Shown in pieces: positions 31,476 to 43,891 of a stretch of 64,000 bases of DNA. Source of the stretch: Escherichia coli (GTDB lineage: Bacteria > Pseudomonadota > Gammaproteobacteria > Enterobacterales > Enterobacteriaceae); the NCBI RefSeq assembly GCF_024502345.1, contig NZ_JALDNN010000001.1. The stretch is one strand, 5' to 3'. Each line of letters starts with the position of its first letter. The first letter of the stretch is position 1. A program made the position numbers and the translations under genes. Under the pieces are notes generated by a model. The model made no database searches. It had not been told where the DNA came from and saw nothing but the letters and a program-made list of their open reading frames with translations.

Positions 31476-32456
31476 ATGCGCAAATATCGTCTAAGTGAAG
31501 AACAGCGAGCCTTTAGTTATCAGGAAGATGGCACTAAAAAAAGTGTGTTATTACGGCAGATTATCGCCATTAGCGATTTTAACGATGTGATAGCAGGAAC
31601 CGCTGGCGGCTGGATCGATCGCGAAACGGTGTTAGCACAGGAAGGAAATTGCTGGATTTACGACCAGAATGCTATTGCGTTCGGCGGAACGGTGATTTCC
31701 GGTAATACGCGCATCACCGGCACCAGCGTGCTGTGGGGAGAGGTTTACGCAACGGATAATGTCTGGATCGATAATAGTGAAATCAGCCAGGGTGCATATA
31801 TAAGTGACAGCGTCACCATTCATGACTCACTGGTTTGCGGGCAATGTAGAATATTTGGTCACGCCTTAATTAATCAACATTCTATGATCGTCGCCGCACA
31901 AGGCTTAACGCCCGACCATCAACTCCTGCTCCAAATTTATGATCGCGCAAGGGTTAGCGCCTCGCGTATTGTCCACCAGGCACAAATTTATGGCGATGCC
32001 GTCGTCCGGTATGCTTTTATTGAACATCGCGCCGAAGTTTTTGATTTTGCCAGTGTTGAAGGTAATGAAGAGAACAACGTCTGGCTATGCGATTGCGCTA
32101 AAGTCTACGGTCACGCGCAGGTGAAAGCTGGCATAGAAGAAGATGCCATTCCGACGATTCATTACAGTTCGCAGGTGGCGGAATATGCCATTGTGGAAGG
32201 TAATTGTGTGTTAAAACATCATGTCTTGATTGGCGGAAATGCCGTGGTACGTGGTGGACCGATTCTGCTCGACGAGCACGTTGTAATACAAGGTGAGAGC
32301 CGTATTTCAGGTGCGGTGATAATTGAAAACCATGTGGAGTTAACCGACCACGCCGTCGTTGAAGCCTTTGATGGCGACACGGTTCATGTCCGTGGTCCAA
32401 AAGTCATTAACGGCGAGGAGCGCATTACGCGAACGCCGCTGGCAGGGTTATTATGA
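31476..32456 (+). CDS. ydcK: Hexapeptide-repeat protein YdcK
   Basis: 326-aa ORF, left-handed beta-helix repeats. Confidence 0.85.
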   Translation: MRKYRLSEEQRAFSYQEDGTKKSVLLRQIIAISDFNDVIAGTAGGWIDRETVLAQEGNCWIYDQNAIAFGGTVISGNTRITGTSVLWGEVYATDNVWIDNSEISQGAYISDSVTIHDSLVCGQCRIFGHALINQHSMIVAAQGLTPDHQLLLQIYDRARVSASRIVHQAQIYGDAVVRYAFIEHRAEVFDFASVEGNEENNVWLCDCAKVYGHAQVKAGIEEDAIPTIHYSSQVAEYAIVEGNCVLKHHVLIGGNAVVRGGPILLDEHVVIQGESRISGAVIIENHVELTDHAVVEAFDGDTVHVRGPKVINGEERITRTPLAGLL

Positions 32457-32987
32457 ATCGATAATACGCGCGTATAAGTTCACATCATCATAGGCATCAT
32501 TCAGGAACTCAGCCTGTTTCAGGCAACCTTCAAGGATAAAACCATTGCGCAAAGCGACCTGGTTGCTTTGCGGATTGTCCACCCGACATTTGATCACGAA
32601 GCGTCTAAGTTCACCAGACTGAGCGTAATGATGAATCAATGCCTGCAGCGCCTGAGAAATGATCCCCTGCCCCTGATGAGATTCGTCCAGCCAGTAGCCG
32701 ATTTCAGCAGTTTTATTCAGTGGTTCAATACGATTAAACGAGATAACGCCGATAAGTTCATCTTCTTTGAAAATCATGAACATTTTGGCATAGCCGCGTT
32801 GATGCAACATCACATTACCCTGCACCGTTTTTCGCGTGTCCTCTTCACTCTGAACGAACTGCGGCCAGTTTAGCGACTGCTGTAACCAGGTTTTATTTTT
32901 ACAGATTAACTGATAAAGAGGTGTGACGTGACTTTCCGCAACAGCATGTAATTCAAGTGATTCGCTTACTTTTATCGTTTCAGTCAT
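32451..32987 (-). CDS. rimL: Ribosomal protein L7/L12 N-acetyltransferase
   Basis: GNAT ORF; start taken at [13 protein letters not shown]. Confidence 0.85.
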   Translation of the reverse strand: MTETIKVSESLELHAVAESHVTPLYQLICKNKTWLQQSLNWPQFVQSEEDTRKTVQGNVMLHQRGYAKMFMIFKEDELIGVISFNRIEPLNKTAEIGYWLDESHQGQGIISQALQALIHHYAQSGELRRFVIKCRVDNPQSNQVALRNGFILEGCLKQAEFLNDAYDDVNLYARIIDS

Positions 32988-33013
32988 CTTATCTCCAGTC
33001 AATCCATGCTGTT

Positions 33014-33040
33014 GTTAAAAAAGCCGCCTGGCTGGCGGCT
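33014..33040 (-). terminator. Rho-independent terminator downstream of ydcH
   Basis: AGCCGCC/GGCGGCT stem followed on the minus strand by a T-run (A-run on plus at 33015-33021). Confidence 0.5.
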
Positions 33041-33049
33041 TAGGAAAGT

Positions 33050-33280
33050 TTACACCTCTTTGACGCTCTCCTGCTGCAGGATTTTGAGCATCTCATCTTT
33101 TAACTGTAGCTTTTGTTTTTTCATGCGGACCACTTCCGCATTGTACCCTCGACCGTCGGAACCTTCCTTTCTGGCAATTTCATGATCAAGTTTATTGTGT
33201 TTATCGAACAAGGACATAAAGCGAGGATTTTCGTTTTTCAGACGGGATATTAAATCTCGGTATTCTGGAAACATACGCAC
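33050..33280 (-). CDS. ydcH: Small protein YdcH (DUF465-like)
   Basis: 76-aa ORF; K-12 start may be the Met at residue 3. Confidence 0.7.
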   Translation of the reverse strand: MRMFPEYRDLISRLKNENPRFMSLFDKHNKLDHEIARKEGSDGRGYNAEVVRMKKQKLQLKDEMLKILQQESVKEV

Positions 33281-33413
33281 TCCCTGTTAGTGGCTGACAA
33301 GGTGTATCTGAAATACACACCATCAGATTACTCATTTAACTTAGGGAAAAATGCGAGCGGGATCGTGTTTAACCAGACGGCACCTCCCGAAGAAGGTGCC
33401 GAAGAAAAAACGA

Positions 33414-35069
33414 TTAACTCATCACGCGGTCGTCAACATACTGACGTTTATCCGGCGCTGGCGGAAAATACTGATACAGCCATGTTTCACTGATAGCGTC
33501 CCCCTGACAACGTAGATACATCCGCATATCGACCGGATCAGTGGAGTCCGAAGTCGGATACCAGTCAAACTGAATACGATAACCATCGATGGGTTCAATA
33601 TAGAGAATTTCGATTTGCTTCGCTTCCCCACTGGAAAGCGTAATCACCGGCTCAATGCCTTTTGGCGCGGCAGCTTTCAGATCACCACCAACGAAATCGA
33701 CGGCAAAACGACGCGCCCATTTTTCGGGATAGTGTTCACCTGGCGCCCAACCTTCCGGGAAACCGCCCATGCCGGTACGCGTCGCCATAACGCGCGCTAA
33801 TGGGCAATGAACAGGCGGTTGCGCACTCCAGTACAGACGATACTGGAATGCAAACTCATCACCTGCTTTTACAGCTTTTTCTGGCTGCCAGAAGCAGACA
33901 ATGTTATCCAGCGTTTCGCCCGTTGTTGGGATTTCCATCAGGCCGATGGTGCCCTTACCCCACTTGTTACGCGGTTCCACCCACAGACTTGGGCGTTTGT
34001 TATACCAGCCCATAATGTCCTGATAATGGGAGAAGTCACGATCCAGTTGCAATAAACCAAACCCTTTCGGGTTGTTGTCGGTGTAAGCATTGAACTGCAA
34101 TTTTTGCGGATTATTCAGCGGACGGCAAATCCACTCGCCGTTGCCCCGCCACATGGACAGACGATCAGAGTCATGAATTTGCGGATGAATTGTATCGCAC
34201 ATCCGACGTTCATTAGTACCGCAGCTGAACATACTGGTCATCGGCGCAATGCCCAGCTGTTTAATGTCTTTGCGCGCATACAGGTGATTTTCCACATCCA
34301 TAATCACCTGACTTTTCTCACAATGGATAGTGAACTTATAGGCACCAGTAATGCTGGCGCTATCGAGCAACGCATAAACGGTAAAGGTAGTTGCCCCCGG
34401 TTTTACCGTATCAAACCAGAAGGCGGTAAAGTCGGGGAACTCTTCTTTACTGTCGGTGTAAGTGTCGATCGCCAGGCCGCGGGCCGACAAACCGTATTGA
34501 TATGTATCATCAACGGCGCGGAAATAACTCGCGCCGAGAAATGATACTACATCACGGCGCGCCAGTTCGGGGGCTTTAAACACGCGAAAACCGGCAAAGC
34601 CGAGATCGCTTTGCCCTTCTAATTGTTTTGTATCAACACCCGCATCGTTGTATTTGAACAACTCCGGGCGAAAGTGAATTTCACGCGCCAGATGTGTTGC
34701 TGGATCTACAGAAAACATACGAACGCGGCGACGGAATCCCATTCCCATATGGAAGAACTGAGCGTCCAGTTGACGGTTCTCAACGTTATGCCAGAGCGAT
34801 TTTTCGGCGTCGTATTGAATACTGTTATAAGCCTGCGGCGTCATTGTCGCCAGCGTGTCAGGTAACGGACGAGGCGCACCACGCCACGCTGTTTGCGCTA
34901 AGTCGTGCGCCATTGACTGTAGAATGGAGAAGTCAAAACGCTGGGTTTGCCCGTCGGCAATATCAGAATCTGCCGCGAATGCCGCCTGAGAAAAAAGAGA
35001 AGCAATGCCGCTGGTACCGCACACGGCGGCCATAGCCATTGAACCTTTAATAAATCGTCTACGATCCAT
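33414..35069 (-). CDS. opgD: Glucans biosynthesis protein D (periplasmic, Tat signal)
   Basis: 551-aa ORF with twin-arginine motif (MDRRRFIKG). Confidence 0.9.
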   Translation of the reverse strand: MDRRRFIKGSMAMAAVCGTSGIASLFSQAAFAADSDIADGQTQRFDFSILQSMAHDLAQTAWRGAPRPLPDTLATMTPQAYNSIQYDAEKSLWHNVENRQLDAQFFHMGMGFRRRVRMFSVDPATHLAREIHFRPELFKYNDAGVDTKQLEGQSDLGFAGFRVFKAPELARRDVVSFLGASYFRAVDDTYQYGLSARGLAIDTYTDSKEEFPDFTAFWFDTVKPGATTFTVYALLDSASITGAYKFTIHCEKSQVIMDVENHLYARKDIKQLGIAPMTSMFSCGTNERRMCDTIHPQIHDSDRLSMWRGNGEWICRPLNNPQKLQFNAYTDNNPKGFGLLQLDRDFSHYQDIMGWYNKRPSLWVEPRNKWGKGTIGLMEIPTTGETLDNIVCFWQPEKAVKAGDEFAFQYRLYWSAQPPVHCPLARVMATRTGMGGFPEGWAPGEHYPEKWARRFAVDFVGGDLKAAAPKGIEPVITLSSGEAKQIEILYIEPIDGYRIQFDWYPTSDSTDPVDMRMYLRCQGDAISETWLYQYFPPAPDKRQYVDDRVMS

Positions 35070-35293
35070 ACCTGAAAGTGAGTCCTTCTGGTGTTGTGAA
35101 TGGTCCCGCGCTGGTCGTTTTCAGCGGCAAGAAAGTGCTTATTTATGACCGCTCACTCTAGACAATATTTATTAATAATCCAATTGTTGAACTGAGAGAA
35201 TATGCATAAATCGGCATTTTTTTTATGTCGATGGGATGAGCCTGATTCGTTTGTAAAATCAGGCAAATTTTTGCAAAGGCGGATGGTCAGAAT

Positions 35294-36637
35294 TTAAAGC
35301 AAACCACAGCGACGTTTACTGCGTTCTTCCGCTTCCTGGTAAAGCTGGAACTCATCCAAAACCGGACAACCCAACGCCTGCTCAAATGCTTCGCGACTGG
35401 CATTACCGTGACTGCGTGTCTGCGTTTCATTACCCAGATTTGACTGGAAGATCCCCGCCGCGCTAACGGGCAAGAAATCTTCATAGGTGATGGGTTGCGC
35501 CACTACCCAACCACGTTCAATTAAGGGCTGTGGATCGTCTCCAGGATGAATCGCCTGACGATGCGCCTCACCCGAAGGCGTCAGACGGTACCGGAACCAT
35601 GCCAACCCTTGCTGACGCATTAAAAACTCACTGTCAGGAAAAGTGCGGAAGGTTTCCTGTAAATGCATTTGGTGAGTGAGATTATCCTGCCCGGTTCCAG
35701 CGTTACGCAGAAGATCATCATACAGTTGTCGCCCTTTCGGCGTTAATGCCACGCCACGCTGCTCAATTTCACCAAAGCGCGCGGTATGCGTGCCCTGTTT
35801 CTGCCCCGCAAACAACACCGTCTCTTCCAGTGCTTTAAAGCTGGTCTGGCGTAGTAAAATCGGTACCTCGCGGCGCGGCGGCCCCTCGATGAGAATTTTG
35901 GGTTCAATTCCGCATTCAGGCATCATCGACTGCACCCGGTCAATATCCAGCGTACGTGGCGTCAGGTGGTTGATATGGCATCCAGGAAAACAGACCACAT
36001 CAGCAATCAACCGATGTTCGTTGTGCAAGGCGCGATAGGTTTCTTCATCTACCGTTGCTGACTGGTGCCAGCGAAACGTTTCCAGGGCTTCCTGCACAAA
36101 CTCCTGTGCCTGTGTTTCGTTAAAACCGCCCTGCTGCTCATATTCCTCTAACAGTTGTCGACAACGTGGGGTGAAGATATCGCGCTGACGCAGAATCTCC
36201 GCCGCTTTCTGGCGCAAAATTTCGTTCTCGATAAGCTCAAGGCGGAGTAAGGAGGTAAAAACGCGGAAGGGATTACGCGCCAGAGAAGCATCATCAATGG
36301 GCCGAAATGCTGTCGAATGTACCGGCACCCCTGCCTGCGAGAGATCGTAATAGCTCACCGGGTACATCCCCATAATGGCAAACATCCGCCGAAGAGTAGC
36401 AAGCTCTTGTGCAGTCCCAACGCGAATCGCCCCATGACGTTCAACATTCAGTCGCGCCAGCTCGTCTGCATTTACCATTTTTTCGTGCAGTTGAGGATTG
36501 TTTTCCAGCACAGCCAGATTCACATCAGCTACCAGTTCCAGCAGCGTGCCATATTGCGGAACTTCTTGCTGGTACATGGCTGACATTGCCTGCGAAAACT
36601 GTTCCCGAATCTCATCCGCCGTGATGCTGTTCGCCAT
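35294..36637 (-). CDS. ydcJ: DUF1338-family protein YdcJ
   Basis: 447-aa ORF at the conserved position. Confidence 0.85.
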   Translation of the reverse strand: MANSITADEIREQFSQAMSAMYQQEVPQYGTLLELVADVNLAVLENNPQLHEKMVNADELARLNVERHGAIRVGTAQELATLRRMFAIMGMYPVSYYDLSQAGVPVHSTAFRPIDDASLARNPFRVFTSLLRLELIENEILRQKAAEILRQRDIFTPRCRQLLEEYEQQGGFNETQAQEFVQEALETFRWHQSATVDEETYRALHNEHRLIADVVCFPGCHINHLTPRTLDIDRVQSMMPECGIEPKILIEGPPRREVPILLRQTSFKALEETVLFAGQKQGTHTARFGEIEQRGVALTPKGRQLYDDLLRNAGTGQDNLTHQMHLQETFRTFPDSEFLMRQQGLAWFRYRLTPSGEAHRQAIHPGDDPQPLIERGWVVAQPITYEDFLPVSAAGIFQSNLGNETQTRSHGNASREAFEQALGCPVLDEFQLYQEAEERSKRRCGLL

Positions 36638-36853
36638 AGTGTCTGCCTCCAGTGGTCAGTAATCTGGAGTGTAGGTAACCGCATTCACTCTGGCGGGAAG
36701 AATTTACAAACTGTGATCTCGCCGCGAAAACATCAATATTATCCATTTTGATGTAACATAATTGCTTTAATTGTTAATAATATTTTGCAATCAAGTTATC
36801 ATAATCAAACAACTTCACTTGTCAGCGACACCGCTTCGTTTTTAACATCGCTT

Positions 36854-37777
36854 ATGGAAAAAAATAGTCTGTTTAGTCAGCGCATCCGTTTGCGCCACCT
36901 TCATACATTCGTAGCTGTCGCACAACAAGGAACTTTGGGGCGCGCGGCTGAAACCCTTAATTTGAGTCAACCTGCGCTCTCTAAGACATTGAATGAACTG
37001 GAGCAACTGACGGGCGCTCGCTTGTTTGAGCGTGGTCGTCAGGGGGCGCAACTTACCTTACCCGGCGAACAATTTTTAACGCATGCAGTCAGAGTTCTTG
37101 ACGCCATCAACACTGCTGGACAGTCGCTTAATCGTAAAGAAGGTCCTAATAATGATGTCGTCAGGGTTGGTGCACTACCTACTGCGGCACTGGGGATATT
37201 ACCTTCGGTTATAGGTCAGTTTCATCAGCAACAAAAAGAGACGACCTTGCAAGTTGCGACAATGAGTAACCCTATGATTCTGGCGGGTTTGAAAACCGGG
37301 GAAATCGATATCGGCATTGGTCGGATGTCAGATCCTGAACTGATGACCGGGCTTAATTACGAACTGCTGTTTCTTGAATCGCTGAAGCTGGTTGTCCGCC
37401 CTAATCACCCGCTACTTCAGGAGAACGTAACGCTAAGCCGGGTGCTGGAATGGCCGGTCGTTGTATCACCAGAAGGCACTGCGCCACGCCAGCATTCAGA
37501 TGCATTAGTGCAGAGCCAGGGCTGTAAAATTCCTTCGGGTTGTATCGAAACGCTATCTGCTTCGCTATCCCGTCAACTTACGGTTGAATACGATTACGTG
37601 TGGTTTGTCCCTTCTGGCGCTGTAAAAGACGACCTGCGTCATGCCACGCTGGTGGCCCTGCCTGTTCCGGGACATGGTGCAGGCGAACCGATTGGAATAC
37701 TAACCCGCGTAGATGCGACGTTCTCTTCTGGTTGCCAGTTGATGATTAACGCTATTCGAAAATCAATGCCGTTCTGA
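36854..37777 (+). CDS. ydcI: LysR-family transcriptional regulator
   Basis: HTH plus LysR substrate-binding domain; start taken at MEKNSLF (307 aa). Confidence 0.85.
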   Translation: MEKNSLFSQRIRLRHLHTFVAVAQQGTLGRAAETLNLSQPALSKTLNELEQLTGARLFERGRQGAQLTLPGEQFLTHAVRVLDAINTAGQSLNRKEGPNNDVVRVGALPTAALGILPSVIGQFHQQQKETTLQVATMSNPMILAGLKTGEIDIGIGRMSDPELMTGLNYELLFLESLKLVVRPNHPLLQENVTLSRVLEWPVVVSPEGTAPRQHSDALVQSQGCKIPSGCIETLSASLSRQLTVEYDYVWFVPSGAVKDDLRHATLVALPVPGHGAGEPIGILTRVDATFSSGCQLMINAIRKSMPF

Positions 37778-37814
37778 AAGGTGAAGGGATCTGTCGATCC
37801 CTCCTTTAACATTT

Positions 37815-39455
37815 TCACACCGTAGCGAAACTAACTTGTTCACCCGCTCCGCGAGGTTCTGCCGACACAGAATGTTTGTTCAGACGGAATACGTCCACCG
37901 CCTCAGTTAATCGTGCCGCCTGTTCTTCAAGGGACACCGCCGCTGCTGAGGCCTCTTCTACCAGAGAAGCATTCTGTTGCGTCACCTTATCCATTTCAGA
38001 AATCGCCTGGCTAACCTGAGTTATGCCTCTACTTTGTTCATCCGAGGCGGCGGCGATTTCCTGCATGATATGTGTGACACTCGCGACGGCATCAACAATA
38101 GTGCTCATGGTTTTCCCTGCCGTTGCCACCTCATCCGACCCCAGGTCAATTAACCTGACTGATTCACTGATCAAGCCTTCAATCTCTTTCGCCGCCTGAG
38201 CGCTGCGGCTTGCGAGTGTCCGTACTTCGCTGGCGACAACGGCAAATCCACGCCCTTGCTCACCCGCTCGCGCGGCTTCAACGGCAGCATTCAGTGCCAG
38301 AATATTCGTCTGGAAAGCAATACTGTTGATGACGGCGGTGATCTCAGAAATTTTCTTCGAACTCATAGAGATAGCACCCATCGTTTTTACTACCCCGGAA
38401 ACCGTCTGCCCGCCATCGCTGGCTTTAATAGAAGCCTCTTGCGCCAGTTTGCTGGCATGATGCGCGTTATCCGCATTCGGTTTCACCGTCGCAGTGAGTT
38501 GCTCCATGCTGGCGGCAGTTTGTTCGATAGCCGCCGCTTGTTCTTCGGTGCGAGATGAAAGGTCCGCATTGCCAGCGGAAATTTCGCTGGTGCCACGATA
38601 AATCTCTTCCGCACCCTGTCGAACAGTCCCTACGGTCATCCCCAGTGAATGCTGCATTTGCTGTAAATGACGACTTAAGCGACCGATTTCATTACGACCC
38701 GCCGGTTCATCCTTCATCGTCAGATCGCCACTAGCGATTTTTTCAATCCGTTGTGCGGCATGTTGCAGTGGACGAATGACGATCCGACGTAGCACCATAA
38801 ATGTTATCAGCGTCATGACCAGGGCAAGCACAAACGCGCCAATCATGAACATCCCACCCAGGCGGGTGCGCTGATGGGCCAGTTCCGCCAGTTGGTTGGC
38901 TCTGGTGCTACGTATCTTAACGGCTTTGTTCAAAATATCGGTATAAGCATTATCCAGCGGTCGGATCTGCTCACTTTCATGATTGATAATCGCTTCAAAC
39001 ATGCCATTTTTGGCATATTTCAACATAGGTTGCATACCCGTGATATAAGCCTGAAAGCGTTGATTTAATTCAGTGTCGAGGGCTTCATCAGCAGGTGTTT
39101 TCACCGGCCGATTCTGATAAGCACGATACCCTTGCTGCGACTGTTTAATCTCCGATTCGGCTTGCGCAATATTTCGCTTCATTGCTTCCATTTCCGCAAT
39201 ACGACTCGCAGCCCCGGCCTGAATCATATTGATCCGGGCTGAACGCAAAAAATCTGAACTGTTCGCCAACCCGGTCCGAATCTCAATCTCCGCAGTAACA
39301 TCACGCTGATCGCGATCGGCCTGCCAGAGGAAATAGCCAGCCAGAGCAGAACTTAATGCGAATAGAACTAAGATACCGCCAAGAATGCAGGCAAATAACG
39401 GAACCAGCCTGATGTGATGCAAAAAACCTAATCGCTGTGAGGGAGTTGTATTCAT
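37815..39455 (-). CDS. trg: Methyl-accepting chemotaxis protein III (ribose/galactose sensor)
   Basis: 546-aa ORF with HAMP domain and MCP signalling domain. Confidence 0.9.
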   Translation of the reverse strand: MNTTPSQRLGFLHHIRLVPLFACILGGILVLFALSSALAGYFLWQADRDQRDVTAEIEIRTGLANSSDFLRSARINMIQAGAASRIAEMEAMKRNIAQAESEIKQSQQGYRAYQNRPVKTPADEALDTELNQRFQAYITGMQPMLKYAKNGMFEAIINHESEQIRPLDNAYTDILNKAVKIRSTRANQLAELAHQRTRLGGMFMIGAFVLALVMTLITFMVLRRIVIRPLQHAAQRIEKIASGDLTMKDEPAGRNEIGRLSRHLQQMQHSLGMTVGTVRQGAEEIYRGTSEISAGNADLSSRTEEQAAAIEQTAASMEQLTATVKPNADNAHHASKLAQEASIKASDGGQTVSGVVKTMGAISMSSKKISEITAVINSIAFQTNILALNAAVEAARAGEQGRGFAVVASEVRTLASRSAQAAKEIEGLISESVRLIDLGSDEVATAGKTMSTIVDAVASVTHIMQEIAAASDEQSRGITQVSQAISEMDKVTQQNASLVEEASAAAVSLEEQAARLTEAVDVFRLNKHSVSAEPRGAGEQVSFATV

Positions 39456-39734
39456 TACCGTTGTCTCTCGTCCAGGTTTACTCCTGATAGAAAGTCATCG
39501 GCACTTGACGGTAATTACTTATGACCAAAAACCTCTTTGCGTCACATTTTTACAACAATTATTGCAGAGAAAATTAATGCTATTGGAATGAAGAGAGTAA
39601 CGAATGGCTAAACTGGCTAACCCGAATGACGAAAAATTCTGGAAAACAGCACGCAATTTCGTGAAGTGATTATTTTCGTCCCTAAGGAAACCTCATAGGA
39701 TGCCTGCGGGTGCCTGAGACTTTCTGTTTTCAGG

Positions 39735-39794
39735 CTAACCGGGAATCAGAAAGACGAAGGCCCCGACCGATATTTCTATCAACCGAGGCCAACG

Positions 39795-39805
<11 letters not shown>
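39735..39805 (-). ncRNA. sokB: Putative SokB antisense RNA (position approximate)
   Basis: By analogy with hok/sok loci, the antisense RNA overlaps the mok translation-initiation region; boundaries not determined from sequence. Confidence 0.3.
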
Positions 39806-40003
<198 letters not shown>

Positions 40004-40074
40004 GGGCAAGCGCGGGGATTTTCCCCGCGCATCTGACTAGCAGATTCATTTTCTCATGGCACCCCTTTTACACT

Positions 40075-40248
40075 TCAGTTAGTGCATGTTTTTTTCGATG
40101 CACTAATAGAACCATCATTACAGACAAATTTGCCGCCTGCCGTACAGTGTGAGATCCCCCCTTTCGAACCAGAACAGGGTTTGCGCCCGGCATCGGCATA
40201 AAAGGAAACAAGCGTTCCCATAAACAAAATAAGTGCCAGTTTTTTCAT
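40075..40248 (-). CDS. ydcA: Small Cys-rich protein YdcA (57 aa)
   Basis: Signal-peptide-bearing 57-aa ORF MKKLALILFMGTLVSF… with SD upstream. Confidence 0.65.
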   Translation of the reverse strand: MKKLALILFMGTLVSFYADAGRKPCSGSKGGISHCTAGGKFVCNDGSISASKKTCTN

Positions 40249-40418
40249 ATAACCTCCATGGTTTATCGAATCTTATGTTCGATTTGAACGTTATACGCTG
40301 GTTTATTTTGATACCGTTGATGAGATCAAAGATCGGGTGAATTGATTAAAAATAAGCCAGATGGACGTATGGGCAAGGATTATGGTTTTATTTGTCATAC
40401 AAATAAATATAATAGGCG

Positions 40419-40482
40419 CTTCCGATGTAGACCCGTATTCTTCGCCTGTACCACGGGTCGGTTTTAGTACAGGCGTTTTCTT
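40419..40482 (+). ncRNA. rydC: RydC small RNA (64 nt)
   Basis: CTTCCGATGTAGACCCGTATTCTTCGCCTGTACCACGGGTCGGTTTTAGTACAGGCGTTTTCTT matches recalled RydC; TATAAT -10 at 40406-40411; intrinsic terminator at 3' end. Confidence 0.7.
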
Positions 40483-40492
40483 TAAATATTCT

Positions 40493-41023
40493 TCAGGAAC
40501 GTTTACGCGGCATCATGCGTAGAAGTGTGTTGTCCTTCCAGAAATAGTGGTGTGCCAGTGCAGCCGCAGCGTGCAAACCGATGACAAAATATCCCAGATT
40601 CGCCAGCGTTTCATGCCACGACTTTAAGCTATCTACCCGTTCGAAATTGGCCTCTGAAGCGTAAGGCATCGTCAAACCAAACGCAAACCACGGGTTGCCC
40701 CGGTTATACATCATCACCAAACCAATCACTGGCAGCGCAATAAACAGGAGATAAATCACCAAATGTCCCAAATGCGCCAGTCCCGTCATCATCGGTTTCG
40801 GCTTAGGTATAATCGGCGGGGTTGGGTATTTCAGTCTTAACAAAAGACGAACCACCATCAGCACGAGAATTGAGATGCCACAGGAAACATGAATCATGTT
40901 GATGAGCGGCCGTTCGCTACGTGGGAAGAAACCACGAAACTCCATTGCGCAATACGCTGCGATAACCAGCAAAAAGACCAGCCAGTGAATGCCGATTTGT
41001 AACCTTGAGTATTTATTTTCCAT
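40493..41023 (-). CDS. cybB: Cytochrome b561
   Basis: Membrane di-heme cytochrome ORF; start taken at MENKYSRLQIGIHW (176 aa). Confidence 0.85.
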   Translation of the reverse strand: MENKYSRLQIGIHWLVFLLVIAAYCAMEFRGFFPRSERPLINMIHVSCGISILVLMVVRLLLRLKYPTPPIIPKPKPMMTGLAHLGHLVIYLLFIALPVIGLVMMYNRGNPWFAFGLTMPYASEANFERVDSLKSWHETLANLGYFVIGLHAAAALAHHYFWKDNTLLRMMPRKRS

Positions 41024-41211
41024 AACATTTCCTGCTTCAACATAATTTTCCGTTAACATAACGGGCTTTTCTCAAAATTTCATTAAATATTGTTCACCCG
41101 TTTTCAGTACGTTACGTTTCACTGTAAGAATGGAGATTGCCCATCCCACAATCCTGGTCTAAGCCTGGAAAGGATCAATTTTCATCCGAACGTTCCTGAC
41201 AGGAGAAAACC

Positions 41212-42213
41212 ATGAGTAAAGTTGGTATTAACGGTTTTGGTCGTATCGGTCGACTGGTGTTGCGTCGATTACTTGAAGTCAAAAGCAACATAGACGTTGT
41301 CGCTATTAATGATCTCACTTCTCCAAAAATTCTCGCCTACCTGCTCAAACATGATTCAAACTACGGACCGTTCCCCTGGAGCGTTGATTTTACGGAAGAT
41401 TCACTTATCGTTGATGGGAAAAGTATCGCGATTTACGCCGAAAAAGAGGCTAAAAATATTCCGTGGAAAGCGAAAGGGGCAGAAATCATTGTCGAATGTA
41501 CTGGCTTTTATACCTCCGCCGATAAATCGCAGGCGCATCTTGATGCTGGTGCGAAGAAGGTGTTGATTTCCGCTCCTGCCGGTGAAATGAAAACTATCGT
41601 TTATAACGTCAATGACGACACTCTGGATGGCAACGACACCATTGTTTCCGTGGCGTCATGCACCACTAACTGTCTTGCGCCGATGGCCAAAGCCTTGCAT
41701 GACAGTTTCGGGATAGAAGTCGGCACGATGACGACCATTCATGCCTATACTGGCACCCAGTCACTGGTGGATGGCCCACGTGGTAAAGATTTACGTGCTT
41801 CACGCGCAGCGGCAGAAAATATCATTCCCCACACTACGGGGGCGGCAAAAGCCATTGGTCTGGTGATCCCGGAACTGAGCGGCAAACTGAAAGGTCATGC
41901 GCAACGCGTGCCGGTGAAAACAGGTTCGGTCACTGAACTGGTATCGATTCTCGGAAAAAAAGTGACTGCCGAAGAGGTGAATAACGCACTTAAACAAGCA
42001 ACCACCAATAACGAGTCATTTGGTTATACCGATGAAGAAATAGTCTCTTCCGATATCATTGGCAGCCATTTCGGTTCAGTGTTTGATGCCACGCAAACGG
42101 AAATTACCGCCGTGGGCGATTTACAACTGGTGAAAACGGTCGCCTGGTACGATAACGAATATGGCTTCGTCACGCAGCTTATTCGCACCCTCGAAAAATT
42201 CGCTAAACTCTGA
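41212..42213 (+). CDS. gapC: Glyceraldehyde-3-phosphate dehydrogenase C (intact here)
   Basis: 333-aa uninterrupted ORF with NAD-binding GFGRIGR and catalytic SCTTNCL. Confidence 0.9.
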   Translation: MSKVGINGFGRIGRLVLRRLLEVKSNIDVVAINDLTSPKILAYLLKHDSNYGPFPWSVDFTEDSLIVDGKSIAIYAEKEAKNIPWKAKGAEIIVECTGFYTSADKSQAHLDAGAKKVLISAPAGEMKTIVYNVNDDTLDGNDTIVSVASCTTNCLAPMAKALHDSFGIEVGTMTTIHAYTGTQSLVDGPRGKDLRASRAAAENIIPHTTGAAKAIGLVIPELSGKLKGHAQRVPVKTGSVTELVSILGKKVTAEEVNNALKQATTNNESFGYTDEEIVSSDIIGSHFGSVFDATQTEITAVGDLQLVKTVAWYDNEYGFVTQLIRTLEKFAKL

Positions 42214-42221
42214 CGCGCACA

Positions 42222-42250
42222 GGCGGAGGGAAAAAACCTCCGCCTCTTTC
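42222..42250. terminator. Bidirectional rho-independent terminator between gapC and aldA
   Basis: GGCGGAGG/CCTCCGCC stem, A-rich loop, T-tract on plus strand. Confidence 0.6.
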
Positions 42251-42255
42251 ACTCA

Positions 42256-43695
42256 TTAAGACTGTAAATAAACCACCTGGGTCTGCAGATATTCATGCAG
42301 GCCATGTTTACCATCTGCGCCGCCAATACCGGATTTACGCCATCCGGCGTGGAAGCCTTGCATAGCTTCGAAGTTTTCACGGTTGATGTAAGTTTCACCA
42401 AACTTCAGCCCTTTAATGGCTTTCATCGCGACGTTCAGATTTTGGGTATAGATTGATGAGGTCAGGCCGTAATCACTGTCATTAGCCATTGAGATAGCAT
42501 CTTCCAGCGTGTCAAATGCGACTACCGGCAGAACCGGGCCAAAGGTTTCCTCATGCATAATCGACATTTCCTGGCGAACATCCAGCAGCAATGTCGGCGG
42601 ATAATAATATCCTTTCCCCTCTACCGCTTTGCCACCCAACGCCACTCTCGCCCCTTCTTCTACTGCGCGCGCCACTTTTTGCTCGACCCTTTCCAGCGCC
42701 GCGGCGTTAATCAACGGCCCCATCGCAATGTCGTTGCGTTCAGCGGGGTTACCAAATTGAACCGCCTGCATCGCTTCACCCAGCCGATTGACGAACTGAT
42801 CATAAATGCCTTTCTGTACATAAACACGTTCTGCACAGTTACACACTTGCCCACTATTAATGACGCGTGAATCAACGATGGCTTTGACTGCCAGTTCAAG
42901 ATCGGCATCGTCCATTACGATAGCTGGTGCTTTACCCCCCAATTCCAGACACACTTTGGTGATGTTTTTCGCCGCAGTCGCCATGATCTTCTCACCTGCA
43001 GAGACGCTGCCTGTCATACTGACCATTGTGACCTTTGGGTTACCCGCCAGTTCTTGCCCAACGGTTTCACCACGCCCCAGTACAAGGTTAAACACGCCGC
43101 GCGGAAGGCCTATTTCATCGACGATTTTGGCGAATGCAATCGCATTGTTTGGCGTAAATTCACTAGGTTTAATGACGATGGTATTACCGGTCAAAAGAGC
43201 GGGAGCCATTTTGCGGGCAATGAGGAAGAACGGGAAGTTCCACGGCAGAATGCCGGTAGTCACACCAAGCGCACGTTTAAACAAAAGAATATTTTCTCCT
43301 GGACGATCGCTTTGAATAATCTCGCCCTCGTAACGCCGTGCCCACTCCGCCATGTAATCGATATAGTCGGCAGTAAAAGCCACTTCGACTTCAGCCAGCT
43401 GCTGGATCTTGCCCCCTTCTTCAACAATCAGCGCACTGATTTCACTGGCGCGTTCGCGGATCCCGGCGGAGATTTTGCGCAACCAACTGGCGCGTTCAAT
43501 AGCAGGCAACGCTTCCCATTCTGGTTGTGCACGTTCTGCTGCATCGATTGCCTTACGGGCATCCTCGGCCTGACCATCGGGTATGCGGGAAATGACAGCC
43601 TCTGTAGCAGGGTTTACCACATCAATCCATGCGTCTCCACGCCAGGTAACAAACTGTCCATCGATATACATAGGATGTTGAACGGGTACTGACAT
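42256..43695 (-). CDS. aldA: Lactaldehyde dehydrogenase
   Basis: 479-aa ALDH ORF. Confidence 0.95.
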   Translation of the reverse strand: MSVPVQHPMYIDGQFVTWRGDAWIDVVNPATEAVISRIPDGQAEDARKAIDAAERAQPEWEALPAIERASWLRKISAGIRERASEISALIVEEGGKIQQLAEVEVAFTADYIDYMAEWARRYEGEIIQSDRPGENILLFKRALGVTTGILPWNFPFFLIARKMAPALLTGNTIVIKPSEFTPNNAIAFAKIVDEIGLPRGVFNLVLGRGETVGQELAGNPKVTMVSMTGSVSAGEKIMATAAKNITKVCLELGGKAPAIVMDDADLELAVKAIVDSRVINSGQVCNCAERVYVQKGIYDQFVNRLGEAMQAVQFGNPAERNDIAMGPLINAAALERVEQKVARAVEEGARVALGGKAVEGKGYYYPPTLLLDVRQEMSIMHEETFGPVLPVVAFDTLEDAISMANDSDYGLTSSIYTQNLNVAMKAIKGLKFGETYINRENFEAMQGFHAGWRKSGIGGADGKHGLHEYLQTQVVYLQS

Positions 43696-43891
43696 GGGCG
43701 ACTCCTGTGATTTATATGTTTGTTTTCGGTGAATGCATTGTTAATTAACATCAATCATCAGAGAGACGGCATCGGGAAAGGACAATTCTGTGAAGGGCTT
43801 CATAAAAACAAGTGTAAAAGGAATAAAAGGCAGAAATAAAAGTCAGGAGTCATGCCCGTTTGCAAACAAGTGGTTCACAAACGGGCAATTT

